Shown: one piece after another, positions 27,064 through 39,060 of the stretch
Numbering within the stretch: position 1 is the stretch's first letter
Layout of the letters: every line of letters starts with the position of its first letter
From: Tubiluchus corallicola
Taxonomy: Eukaryota > Animalia > Priapulida
Reading direction: 5' to 3'
DNA: 64,000 nt
NCBI GenBank assembly: GCA_030141605.1
Contig: JAQGDQ010000091.1
Span: forward strand, 434,001-498,000
Program-made: the position numbers and the translations under genes
The notes under the pieces: model-generated
The model's input: the letters and a program-made list of their open reading frames with translations, nothing else
What the model was told of the DNA's origin: nothing
Database searches by the model: none

Positions 27064-28620
27064 TACATGTGCACGCCCTTGTTGCCCAAAATACTGGCAA
27101 TAACAGCTTCGTCTCGTGCTGTGTGCAAATCTTTCTTAGAGCTGCTGTTGAACATGAGCAACGGGCAAATGGAGCAAAAGTGACTAAAACACGCGATATT
27201 GCAACTCGCGCTGTCTGGATGTTCAAAAGTGTTATAGCTTAAAGGTGTATTCGTACTAACGATGAGGGTTTTATCGCCTTTCAGCCTGAAACCACGCTGG
27301 TTTTGTATCGTACTTACGCAAGATAGGAGAAGTCATTTTGGACAGAATGGCTCTATGCTCAGCAGCATTCCAGGAAGCATCCAACGGAGCACAGAGAAGT
27401 AACATCGTAAAAAAGATTAAACACACTAAAACTGTCTGCAGTAAATTTATAATATGAGCCAGCAGGCTGGTGCGATTCGCTTATATACGCCGATGAGAGT
27501 GTGCTGCTAGTATTGCAAATTAGTACTTTGATTGATATAAATCTAAGCTGTAATTGATTCATGAGAAAAAACATTGTTGTTTCTTAGACTTCCAAAAATT
27601 AGTAGGGATGTAATAAGACTATTGTTGTTGTTGGTACAGATTGTAATATATGTAGATGAGCAAAACTGTAAATAATGATCGGCTGATAATTATTTGGAAT
27701 TTTATACATGTATATTTTTGTGGAGCATTTTGTAAATAATAGTTTTTGTATATGTATAAAGATAAATTTATATTGTGACAATGAGCTTGATGTGTTTAAT
27801 AATTTTAATATATCGCGTCACATTTTATTGCAGTATTAAAACGTGACAATATTGGGAGAAAGTTGAAAAGATACGTTATAGTGTTAGTATATCGTTTTCG
27901 ATATTATTGTGACACCTATTTAATATTTTTTCTGTATCTTATTAGTAGCTGTGTGTCATTGTAATCAATTCACGTATGACATTGGAAAGAATTAATTCGG
28001 GTCCCCTATACAAACAACTTCTGACAACATTTATACAGGGTGCCCCAAAAGAAACAGTGCATGATAAATATTAGCTAATTTGCAAGATGAACTGCATTAT
28101 GACATTCTAATGACGTAAAAATAACATTATATTTTTATTTGATTGTTCCGATTTTCTATCATATAACTTGTTTTGCCCACACTTTGTATAAATAATGGTA
28201 CGCTTGAAACTTTTATTAGTGCATTTTTTCTTTATGAAAATTTCTAAAATGACGGCATTACTTAAGTTATTTACAAACTGTTAATTTCATGTTTATATAT
28301 TTTTTCTTAACTCATTTTCATAAGACCTTACTGCAGTAGATAAGACTGGGTATACAGGTATTCTTGCATAGTATTCGTTATGTCTACAAATTTTTATATA
28401 ATTAATTCTCATTTATAATGTCTAGCTGTTCTCGTACGGTTGTAGTGTAATTAGAGTTGAATCACTTGTTGTCTATTTATATTTACAATGTAATAAAATT
28501 GTATCAGGCATTGTCTCATAAATTTGTAGATAAAATTTGGAATTTCTTAAAAAGCTGCAAATATAAAAACTACTTAAATAAGCGTGAACCAGTCAAAATT
28601 GAGGCAATTATTTTTGAGTA

Positions 28621-28673
28621 ATTTACTATCGGATATTTACTATCGGATATTATCGGCCATTTACTATCGGATA
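28621..28673 (+). repeat. Short minisatellite ATTTACTATCGGAT x3
   Basis: Three copies of the 14-mer plus one partial copy. Confidence 0.85.
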
Positions 28674-28674
28674 T

Positions 28675-28886
28675 TAAAATTTGACAATTTACGGCATCCA
28701 TTTAAAAAACAGGTTTATCGTCTATTTTTTGGTAAAAGCGGCAAAAAGACAAAGTATCATTATCAAGACACAAAATGATCTGAGCACTTGAGCTATACCT
28801 GAGATGATAAAAACTTTAGATAAGTCACAAGTGTAGTTTTACATTTAAGACTACTCAATTTCTGTACAACTCTACAAACAAACTTA
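28675..28886 (+). repeat. Direct repeat, copy 1
   Basis: Near-identical to 29581-29866 but lacks an internal block of about 70 bp. Confidence 0.9.
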
Positions 28887-29580
28887 GCATTACGCTTGCT
28901 GCTTGAAAGACTTATGTAAAAGAAAAGGAAATTCTTGCGAAAGTGAAAATTGTATAGGTCTAAAGCAACTGTACACAAAAAACTGCAAATTTTAAGTTTA
29001 AAAATTTCAAATTTAACGCGTGTAACAGCTAAGAACTAGCTGCGCGAAAGCGAAATAAGTTTCTATAGTAATAATTATTTCACGTCAGCCATTTCTTTAA
29101 AAAATTGGGTGTTTCCTTTTAATATTTCGCAGGGTAAATTGTTTTGAGCTACAGTTTAAGATTGGATTCGGCTTTTCTTTAAATATTTATAGACGTGAAA
29201 TCTTCCCGCAAGATGTCTCTGCCAAGCAACGAAGCCAGTTTGATCTTACAAACAAATTCCGTATAGTTCACCAAGCGCTTTCATAAAACTGAACTAGAGG
29301 AAATAAGCTGCTTTACTCACAATCGAAAATAGGTTCAGCATTATTTTATCGACTCCCGTGCAATAAAGCGACGAAACAATGAAGCTAAATCCCGTGTTTG
29401 TTAGTATCAAAAAAGTATTAGAGCTACACAGCTGAGCATACTTAAGCAAAAAAAAAGGCTAGTGTAAGCGGCATGTACCTTTTTCTAATCATTCTTTCCT
29501 GTTAAAATCTGACGTAGTAGTTCAAAGGTATTTAATTAATTTTCTGAAAGTTTGGTCCAATCAAAAACGCTTTCGGCCAG

Positions 29581-29866
29581 TTAAAATTTAACCATTTACG
29601 GCATCCATTTAAAAAACAGGTTTTTCGTCTATTTTTTGGTAAAAGCGGTAAAAAGTCAAAGTATCACCACACTTTAACATTGTTTGTAATATATACGCTG
29701 AATTTGGCGTTGAGCAGCTTAAAAATCTGTTTCTGTTTTATCAAGACACATATAATGATCTGAGCACTTGAGCTCTACTTGAGATGGTAAAAACTTTAGA
29801 TAAGTCACAAGTCTAGTTTTACATTTAGGACCACTCAATTTCTGTACAACTCTACAAACAAACTTA
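29581..29866 (+). repeat. Direct repeat, copy 2
   Basis: Shares atttacggcatccatttaaaaaacagg... and ...caatttctgtacaactctacaaacaaactta with copy 1. Confidence 0.9.
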
Positions 29867-32468
29867 TAGTTCCATGTAGAGATATCATTCATGGTTTTAA
29901 TTTTAATCTGTCAGCTGAAATTGTTGCTTTACGTTTAAACATTAGAACTTAAATTTGACTGCGTTGTTGCTTGTTTAAACTTTTCTTGGAATCTCTGAAT
30001 AGACCTACGTAATGGACTAAAATAAATCCAAAGTTCCTCCCTTCAGTTGCTCATAAGAATACAAGGTCCACATTGAAAGCACTAATGACTAATGAATGTT
30101 ATGATTGTCATTGTTTGTTAAAGTATCTAAGTATTCAGTATTGCCATTGTCTATATTGTAAAGTATTTATGGTAACATTTAAGACACTTCAAATGAGATG
30201 AATATCAACACAATTTTTTAAATAGAGTGGATTTATCTATTCGACTTTTGGTCTCACAAACATGGCACTTACAGTAGTGGTTACTAAATCCTGCAAAAAC
30301 TTGTTTACACTTCAGTCACTTGAACAATTTGGATGTTAACTGTAATCATGCAGTCCTGTATGACTTTCGTTCGTGAGATTTTCGCTATAGCCATTGGTTC
30401 TGAAAAAGTTCACCAAAGGCAAAGAGGTGCTTTTGTGGCCTTTGACTTTCCAACAGCAGCAATGAGAAATATAGCAGTTGTAACCGCTCTCCGACTTCGT
30501 CAATTTGTTCAAGTATTACCAGGTACCTTAATATAAATTTTTACCTTTAAAAATGCCTTAAGAACAATCTTGCCAAATTTAGTTATAATTACACCTCAAT
30601 TTGTTTTTGAGATACGGTGTGCAGGTATAGGCATATATAAGCAACTTATATAAAGTTCTTTAGAGATGCACTTGATTTGAGATATTTTATCTATCTTTTA
30701 ATCCTCGTGAATACATTAGAGTTAATCCTTCTGCCAAATTGAGAATATACTTCGCACTGTGGGTATTTTGGACGTTAGCTGCAAATTTTGCAGCTTTTTG
30801 AGTTACTAGTGTATATTATACATAAAATAAAAACAAAAAACAAACTGTATACGATCAGTTGCTTCTAAAATGAATCTACTTAAAAAACAGTCTTCTGATT
30901 CCGACAATTTGCATACGATTACGCATGTCTACATAATAATTTACGACACAAAGTTAAACACGGATGTATGGGGCTTGGAGAAACATAGATTTTCAAATCT
31001 AATCAGTAAGAAGGCTTACATCGTACAACAAAAAAATCTTACGATGGAACATAATAACTTTGTAAGCACTAAAAAGGCAACCTGCATTAAAAAAGAAGAA
31101 AAACGCAGATATACAAAAACATTTGCTTGTGGTCAATGTACAGGCCACAGGCAACATTGATCACTATGCTCTTCGGTATTATTTGGTAAATCGTTAGCTC
31201 GTATAGAAAATTTGAAAGGTTTTGTGTGGCACAAAATTTCAGTAGAGCTATAAGGAAAACAAACATCTTTCGTGCATGGTCATCGGCAACAAATGTTTAT
31301 TGGCGTATTTGCAACTCTAGGAACGTTTGTTATCTGTCTTTTTTCAGTAAATACTGCACAAAATAACTAGTAACACAAAACAGCAAATTATAAAACCATG
31401 AAAATAATGTAGAAGCAACTTGTGTTCTTCATATTTCACAGTTTTAAAATTTGCAATTTTGTGTTACAAATTATTTTCAGCTATGCCTATTGAACTAAAG
31501 CCAGATGAAAAACGTTTCTAGATTTGTAAATACACGATAAATATTCGTAGGTATTTACCATACATAAACGGCGTTTGCTTTCTTTAAAGCTGTACTTAAA
31601 TTTTAAGTACATTTAGTTCAAAATTTTACTTTAGTTTGATACATAAAGTTAGAATAATGTTCACTTTTTTCAGGGATGAGGCTAATAAATGCTACCATGC
31701 AAAATGATGGTTATAGTAGAGCGTAGCGGATATTACATTCTCGGATTATAGTAAAATAAAACTTCCGCGTCCTTGACACAGATAAATATATAACACTTGA
31801 AATTTATAATTACTATGTATCTTCTGGCTTCTTGTTCATCTGTTTATTCTACAGGTAGCTGTCCAAATCTTGGTTCTAGAATGATTAGCTTTTAGTTGAC
31901 ATACAAAAACAAAATGGCAGAAAATGTGCGAAATGGTCCCTTTCGTTTTGCAATTTGACCGTTTCGTACAAACAGCAACGATTTTTTTCTACAACACTGT
32001 TATACATGTATGCATTAGACATAATTCCGACGCTCATTCTCATCGATAAGTATTTGCATTTCAAAAGCCACATTCTGTTTCTAAATACGTCAGTTGGTAA
32101 GACGTATGATTTATCATCTCATCCTAAAGCCTTCACGCTTGAAAATAATAAGTTATTGCTTGTTATAGCATCCAAACATTAATGTCATTATGTTCCGACT
32201 TCATGCTTCGCCATTTTATGTTAGCTAGACACCTACATGTGACATTTTTATTACATTGCCGAAATTATCTTACAATAGTTTACCACTAAACAGTACTCCA
32301 TGATTTATAGACCAAAGTGCAATTCTCTGAAAGCTGCTGCTTTACATCACAATCTTTATTTTACAGAACACCACACATGCGCAGATATTTTTTTCAAATT
32401 ATTATAATCAGTGAACTGATTATTGCTTTTTCTCTCAAATAAATAATACAAATCTCGCCATGTGCATT

Positions 32469-32933
32469 TTACGTGCACCTGTGTATTGTCCGTGTGTTGA
32501 TGCAAACGTCACATTTCACTTCACAACACCAGAGAAAGCGACAGTTACAATTTTCTTTCGTTGTCTGCTGAAACTTCTGGTAACCTCTGCCGCAGCACAT
32601 GAGATCACATCCTCCTACATCAAGAGATGTATCATTGCATGCTCTACCGTGAGTTCCCAATGACCCTGTTTTTCTATTTGGTTCACAAAAATTGGGCGAG
32701 TCTTCCGAATAAATGAGATCTAAAGCACCTGGCGGTTTGATACTGGCACCACCTGCAGGGATCAACGAAAATCCATCGTTTCCCGCCATTACTCGGGCAG
32801 CGCCATTAAACTTTTCTTTGAGTCTGATACCAACTGAACGAAAATATGGCATTTTCCTCCAACAAGTTTTCAATGTACATGAGCCTGAGAGTCCGTGGCA
32901 TTTACACTCAGTTCTCATGAAATCGCGAATAGA
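32469..32933 (-). CDS. Wnt6: Wnt6 exon 4 (last)
   Basis: Minus-strand acceptor ttttcag ending 32934. Encodes SIRDFMRTECKCHGLSGSC...CNCRFLWCCEVKCDVCINTRTIHRCT then TAA. Confidence 0.95.
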   Translation of the reverse strand, partial: SIRDFMRTECKCHGLSGSCTLKTCWRKMPYFRSVGIRLKEKFNGAARVMAGNDGFSLIPAGGASIKPPGALDLIYSEDSPNFCEPNRKTGSLGTHGRACNDTSLDVGGCDLMCCGRGYQKFQQTTKENCNCRFLWCCEVKCDVCINTRTIHRCT

Positions 32934-34871
32934 CTGAAAAAACAAAATTCATAAAATTGCAGATTATCTTAGCTAATTAACTAATAAAAATTTCGGTAGA
33001 AAAATAAAATACACGTTTCATCGTACGACTCAGTCATCTTAGAAGAAAGGAAACCCCGACTGAAACGTTAATTTTTAGTAAACCCATAATTATTGCATAA
33101 CTGGATTAAAGACTGCACGAGTCTGGATTACATATCTAACACCGTGTATTGGAACACACAAACCTTTGCCATGGCATCTGCGTTTAATAATTTAATTTCT
33201 TGGCGATGGAGTTGTAAGGCTCTCCTGGTTCAAAGTCCAGTCGCCGATCTGTCCCGGTTTTTTTCCGAATTTCACATTCAATATATGTGGATTTATGAAT
33301 TTCATCTTGAAATTAAATTTATTACAAAATTTAAAAGTTATTTTTTTACATTTTTGACATGCTGTGCAAATAATAGAATCCCTAAAGCTAATAAAACAAA
33401 TAACACAGTCCCAAAAATGAAAGATTTTATCATTTAACCATTTAACAAAACATCATTAAAAAATGTGCTGACAGCAAATGTATTATAGCAAATATATAGT
33501 GTGTGAAAGTTTATGTTGTTCAAATTCTTTGGATAAGTGTTGCTAATTAAAAGTATTAAATTAAAATCTTAACGAGTTGTAAAGCGGACATTGGGATATT
33601 CTAAGTCAACGTCATTAAGGATATTTTTGGCATGCGGCTAACCTTATATCATTACTTATATATCACTTTACTTATATCATTACGCAGTCAGTTCCTTTAT
33701 ATATGTGATTTATAACTGTGTTCCTATTAGTAGCTTATATATTATCAAAACTTGTTCTTTTCTCTGTTCTCCGTTTCACTAATATAAGTCTTAACGCATT
33801 TTAGTGATGCGTTTTTTGAAAATTTTGTGATTTTCCTTTTTCGTTTTTTTATGTTACGTGTAATTCTAGGCATACTGGTTCTAGTTTTTAGTTCCCATAG
33901 TATCAAAAACTTGGGAATAATTTTAATGATTTCTTTCGAAAATTCATTCTCTTAATTATGCACTGTTTTTCTGATAGTGATAGTGATTGTGATAGGACGT
34001 TAAAGCCTTTAGGGTTGGGGTTAACACATATTTTGCGCTAGTTTTCCTATTCTTTTCAACGTTACACGCACCTATTTATGACATTCCTCCTGAAAATCGT
34101 GTGACCTACCAAACAAACACTTAAATTGCGCATGTAACTAATAATTTATTAAAAGTGTCCGTGGGTATAAGCGTGTGGATGTAGAATTCATTTTTCGATT
34201 TTACATGACCGAAAAAACTGAAACCCCAAAATCGTGATAATTATGAGACTGCTTTTACAATGTAATTAAGATTTCTTTGTGTAACGAACGAACCATGTCA
34301 GCTAATGCTACATGCAGATAAAGTTTAGAAGCTTATTACACAGAGGTGTAATAGGTATTGTTTTATTTTCTAGAAGGGTCGGTTTTTCAATAAGGATCCA
34401 CTGCAATTTTGTAAAACAATGTGCAACAAGCCTCCAGAAAAATCCACTTTTGGATTTATTTGCGCATCAGGAGAAAAAGCGCAGTGCCAGAGCGAAAAAG
34501 GAATAGTCAACAAAGTGTAACAATTTTGTTGGAAAGGAACGCCAGTAAAAAATATGAACAATTTATACAGAATGCCTATATAGAACAACGTCTATCATTT
34601 TTGCATGACTAACTACTGATTGTGTGGAATGTGTGCTTTTCCTTGATCATTTGCGTATGAATCTATTGGCATTTCATGTCCTGTTATCAAAAATTGGTGT
34701 TACAGCAACAAATTTCAAATTAGTTTCGACTCTGCGTAAAATGTTTTTTCGAGCTTTTGTTAGCTGGGTAATAATTTTAGCACTGTAGGTGTCGTGTTAG
34801 CACCGAATTGCACAAAATTGTATGTAAGTTTACATGCGGTCAATGGCGATTTGCCGTATATATGTACTTAC

Positions 34872-35143
34872 AATTCGTCCTGCTTCGTTATTGTGCTGAC
34901 TAATCAAAGTTTTTAAGTCGCTTCGTCTTGTGGTACTGGCGTCCATGAATTCCTTTGATTTTTTGTAGCCATATTTCACATTATCGCCACAGCCACCCCA
35001 TCGCCAGTCAGCTGTTATTGGGTGGGGACGCACAGTTTGATCACATGTACACTGGAGAAGTTTTCCTGTGCTGCATGCCTGAGTTATTGCATAGCTCACA
35101 CCAGCCGAAGTTATAGCTTTAACAAATGCTGTCTCACGTATAT
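34872..35143 (-). CDS. Wnt6: Wnt6 exon 3
   Basis: Acceptor ctttcag ending 35144, donor gtaagt at 34871. Encodes (D)IRETAFVKAITSAGVSYAITQACS...WRWGGCGDN...HNNEAGRI. Confidence 0.95.
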
Positions 35144-35478
35144 CTGAAAGCGCACAAAACAGATATCAGACCCAAAATTCACGATTCCTAATATTTTGTC
35201 AGAAATGAAAAGCTCTGCATTGTAACTATTTAGCTCGTAGCTTTAACAAGTGCTATTTCATGTATACCTGAGATTCACAAACAGATATTAGACCAACACA
35301 ATTTCTAATACTTTGTATCAGAAATAAAAAGATCTGAATAGTAACAGCAAATTTCGATTTTTGTGATTATGCGGATATAGTAATGCACTAGTTAATAAAA
35401 CATGAGTTCTACAGACACGTTGCATGATATGCGCAAGTGAAGAAAACTGCGATTTTAGCAAGTCAAAGAAGAGATCTG

Positions 35479-35541
<63 letters not shown>

Positions 35542-35611
35542 TTACTACTACTACTGCTGCTGCTGCTGCTGCCGCCGCCGCCGCCATTACCACCACCACC
35601 ACTACTACTAC
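35479..35611. repeat. Compound (CTA)n(CTG)n(CCG)n(CCA)n microsatellite
   Basis: Directly visible, in Wnt6 intron 2. Confidence 0.95.
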
Positions 35612-36247
35612 TGATCTTGACATTTTACCAAGGTCGGAGTGCAGTACAATATCATCGAATACAATAATTTGTGCATTTGCAATTTATCTAAACGCGTTGT
35701 TGAAGCAAAGTGATAACACTATGTTTCATTACCTACCATTTATTAATTTTGATTGGTAAATTTTTTTTACAGCTGCCAATGTGAGATCCTATTTATTTAG
35801 TTACACCACACATGAGTTTAAAAACCAAATATCTTTGGTATGCAAGTACGCCAAACAATTCAGACAGTCAGTCATTGATTGGGGGAATTCTGTGAACTTG
35901 CCGTGATCATACTCTGCCAGGCTTCATTAGATGGACTCGGGATGGATCATGTTGCTATAACTTCACACCACGTCAAGCAACGACCCGTGCAGCTCGTCGA
36001 CCAACTTCCAGCAAGAAATGTCTTTACTGAAATAAACATGGCTAAACCAGCGAAATTTAAATTGTCGGTTAAATTGTTTTCTTCCCATCTAGGAAAACTG
36101 CTGCCTTGCTAGTCTTTATAATAGTAATAATAATCTATAATAAAGTCGGCTTTTAGGTAAACAATTACCACAAGCTGAAAGGGCTTTTTGCCGACTGTAA
36201 ACAACAATCCTGCAGCTACATAATAGAGACTATAATTACCTCACTTT

Positions 36248-36350
36248 TACCCTAAATACATCGAACCAGGCAGGACAACAGTAGGTAGCATTTTTAAAGT
36301 CTTTGGTATGACCAGACCGCAGTATTGAACTCTAGTTACCACTAGACTAT
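36248..36350 (-). mobile_element. Degenerate tRNA-derived SINE fragment (V-SINE-like)
   Basis: The + strand has ...catttttaaagtctttggtatgaccagaccgcagtattgaactc..., which I recognise as the reverse complement of a B-box (GTTCAANNC) followed by a V-domain-like GTCATACCAAAGACTTTAAAAATG. Confidence 0.5.
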
Positions 36351-37267
36351 ACCCGTCTGGTATCTTTTATGCACTTCTTTTGAAAAGCTGCTTTTAACAA
36401 ACATAACAACCTAAAACTAAAAAATAGTATCTAAAATGACTTTCTCTCTTCTAAGACTTTAAAAACATTAGCTGCTACAATTTTTGGAACATAACTGGTA
36501 CATGTTAGCACATGTTAGCTGCGTTAAAACACCTTCTGTTTGCAAATCCTGCAAAAATTATTTAAAGTAATAACAGTGTATAGGATACGGATTTGCACAT
36601 ATTAAGTAATTACTCTTTCTGCATTATACAATGCTGTTCCTGTTATGCAGGATTCTAAGAGTCCAACTCCGTCAAATGCCGCTGTGTGCAGGATATTGTC
36701 TTGCGTCATAACCTCTTCGTGTCAGCATGATTAACAGTGCGCCACGTGTTTAAAACGACCATCTTTGATGGCGAAACTGCAAGAAGCACGTGTTTTTCAC
36801 CTGTTTTCCAATATATAGGCGTGTTTGATGCGAGATTTATTTACCCTTTGAAGTTTAAAATAAGCTTGTCTGCGGCTTCGGGGTATGAGAAACCTTGGAT
36901 AATCGTCCAGACTGATCCACCAATGGACAAAACGTGGGCAAATATTCACCCTTCTTGCAGGAAAGAGATAATAATCTCTTAGGCTCACAATATCACCGAG
37001 AGGTCATAATTAATGAAAATTCAATATTTTTGAGCCGATGCTGAAACGATGGTGAGATCCGAACTCGGGCCAGGCTAAGCTAGTATAGACCTCTTGTTCA
37101 CTGGTACCGACCCAAGTGTGCGTTGATCCGAAGAAAATAAGTTTATGCGGCCGTTTTTTGGCTCCCATTCAGCTAAATAACTAAAATATGCGTTCTAGGC
37201 TTTGACCAAAGTACTTGTCTCTATAATAAACTATGACTGCAACTGCATAACTCAGGTGACACATTAA

Positions 37268-39060
37268 AGGTCCTATGACACTGTTTTTATGTTATTTTCT
37301 TTTGAAGCATAGGCGGAATTACATATTTCCTAATTTTTGAAACAGTTTTGATGCATGCTTTTATGTGATATGGTAGCTTAAATTAAGCGCCGTTGGTACT
37401 GTCACAAATATTATCGCCCGCCATGACACTCACTGCTGTGACGTCACGTTAGGAAGCGGCAATTAACAACCGCAGTAGAGTCGACAGCCAGTGGCCCCAG
37501 CATGCAGAGCACTGTGAACACTGAGCAGAGCGGTTATTGCTGAGTAATGATTTATCTATTAATAAAAACGTTTCTTACGATAGTATTTATCTATTTATAG
37601 CAAATAAACTTATAAGAATCAGTTTTATTTTACAAACCTGCTAGGAACAGCAAATTTATAGTAACAAACACAGTATGCAGAGCACTATGATGCTACTGTA
37701 CCATTATTTAAACTGTGTAAGCTGTTTGAACAATAGGTGTGCCGAGTAGTCCCGCGAATTAGATCAAGCTACAAGTAAGCTGCTAGCCACTATTTTGGGC
37801 TAGATGCTTAGTAAGTAAAGTAATAATTAACCTTTGTAACTAAATTTCATAAAAACCATATTTTGTCAAGGTTAGAAGTAAGACATTTCATTCCCCGAAA
37901 GATATTCCGTACCAGTTTAACGGAAACTCCCGATTTTAATAACAACCTCCCTTTCTTCACATTTTGAAATATTTTTCCTGATCTTTACACGTTACTTCAA
38001 CATAAAAATGGCGCAAAACGCGACCGCAGTGAGGATAGAACATCGATTCCTTTTGTCACAAAAAGAAACGTCTATCTATCCTGCTAGGCATAATGAAGCT
38101 TGGGCAGTGACACGTAGAATAAAGGTGCTCGACTGCATCAAACTTATATGCACGCCGATCAGCAGTCAAACTGTAGACTATGAGAATATTTTTTACTTAA
38201 ATATTTAAAGCTTTTCTCTCTGAAACCTCATTTGCACATTCGAAAAAATACTACAAAGGTTTTCCCAAGTGTCTAAAAATGTAGGGACCGCTATTTTAAT
38301 GAGTTAAAAAATTGTTGTCTGAAAGGCATTTCTTCTTAGTTTTCCATTTTCTTTTACTATTGAACCTCGCATTAAGCCAAACAGTATACCCGGTCTGCAC
38401 AGGCTCAAAGCGGTAAAGCACTGAGAACAAAATCATCAGATTCTGTCATTACTGCCTTATTGTTTAGCTGTTTTCTCTTCGATCGTACCTAAGAATCCGC
38501 TGTTATTTTTACAATTTTATATACTGAAAAACGTAAAAACGATCACTGTTTGTCAGAAGCATTGTCCGAACGGGGGGAAGTCGGGCAAAAGATAACTTGG
38601 CAGTGAGACATTTATAAGCAGAAGTGATCAGAAAATGAACAAGAAAGCAGCCCAGCGCGAAATACCAGTAATGTCACGCTAAAACTTTTTTTACACGTTG
38701 TACTTCGTTATTAATATTTTTTCATCTATAATAGTGCATTCAAGTAAGCGTGGACAAACCTATTATTTGAGCTTAACACTAAAATACCAAAATGCGAGTT
38801 CCCCAATCTCTTCATTAACGGCGTATCGCTTGATTTTGCCCACATGTAAATACAGCGGCAGTCACACATGCGCAGTGTCGTTCCTCACGTGATGTCACTT
38901 CCGCTTTTTTCCTGGATTTTCGTTTTTCGCTAAATTTGAAGTGTTTCAATGCTAACCAAACCGAAACGCACAAGTTTATAAAAAATAAAGCCGTTTTTTG
39001 GATCAAGCTAGTCAACAGTGAATTTTGACAGCAAATGTCTGCCAGTGTGTCAGTGGACCT
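37268..39060. mobile_element. Non-autonomous Kolobok-like DNA transposon (about 1.8 kb) in Wnt6 intron 2
   Basis: TTAA on both flanks (37264-37267, 39061-39064). Terminal inverted repeats AGGTCCTATGACAC and GTGTCAGTGGACCT match at 12 of 14 positions. AG...CT termini with a TTAA target duplication are typical of Kolobok. Confidence 0.65.

Noticed and set aside
26815-27242. ORFs overlapping or antisense to the last Wnt1 exon
   Set aside because: Shadow frames of a GC-richer exon with no recognisable motifs.
28034-28050. TA-CAGGGTGCCCCAAAA, a Tc1/mariner-like terminus
   Set aside because: No matching opposite terminus found nearby, so the element cannot be delimited.
35318-35759. Poly-T/A/L/V ORFs
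   Set aside because: Translations of a compound trinucleotide microsatellite in an intron.
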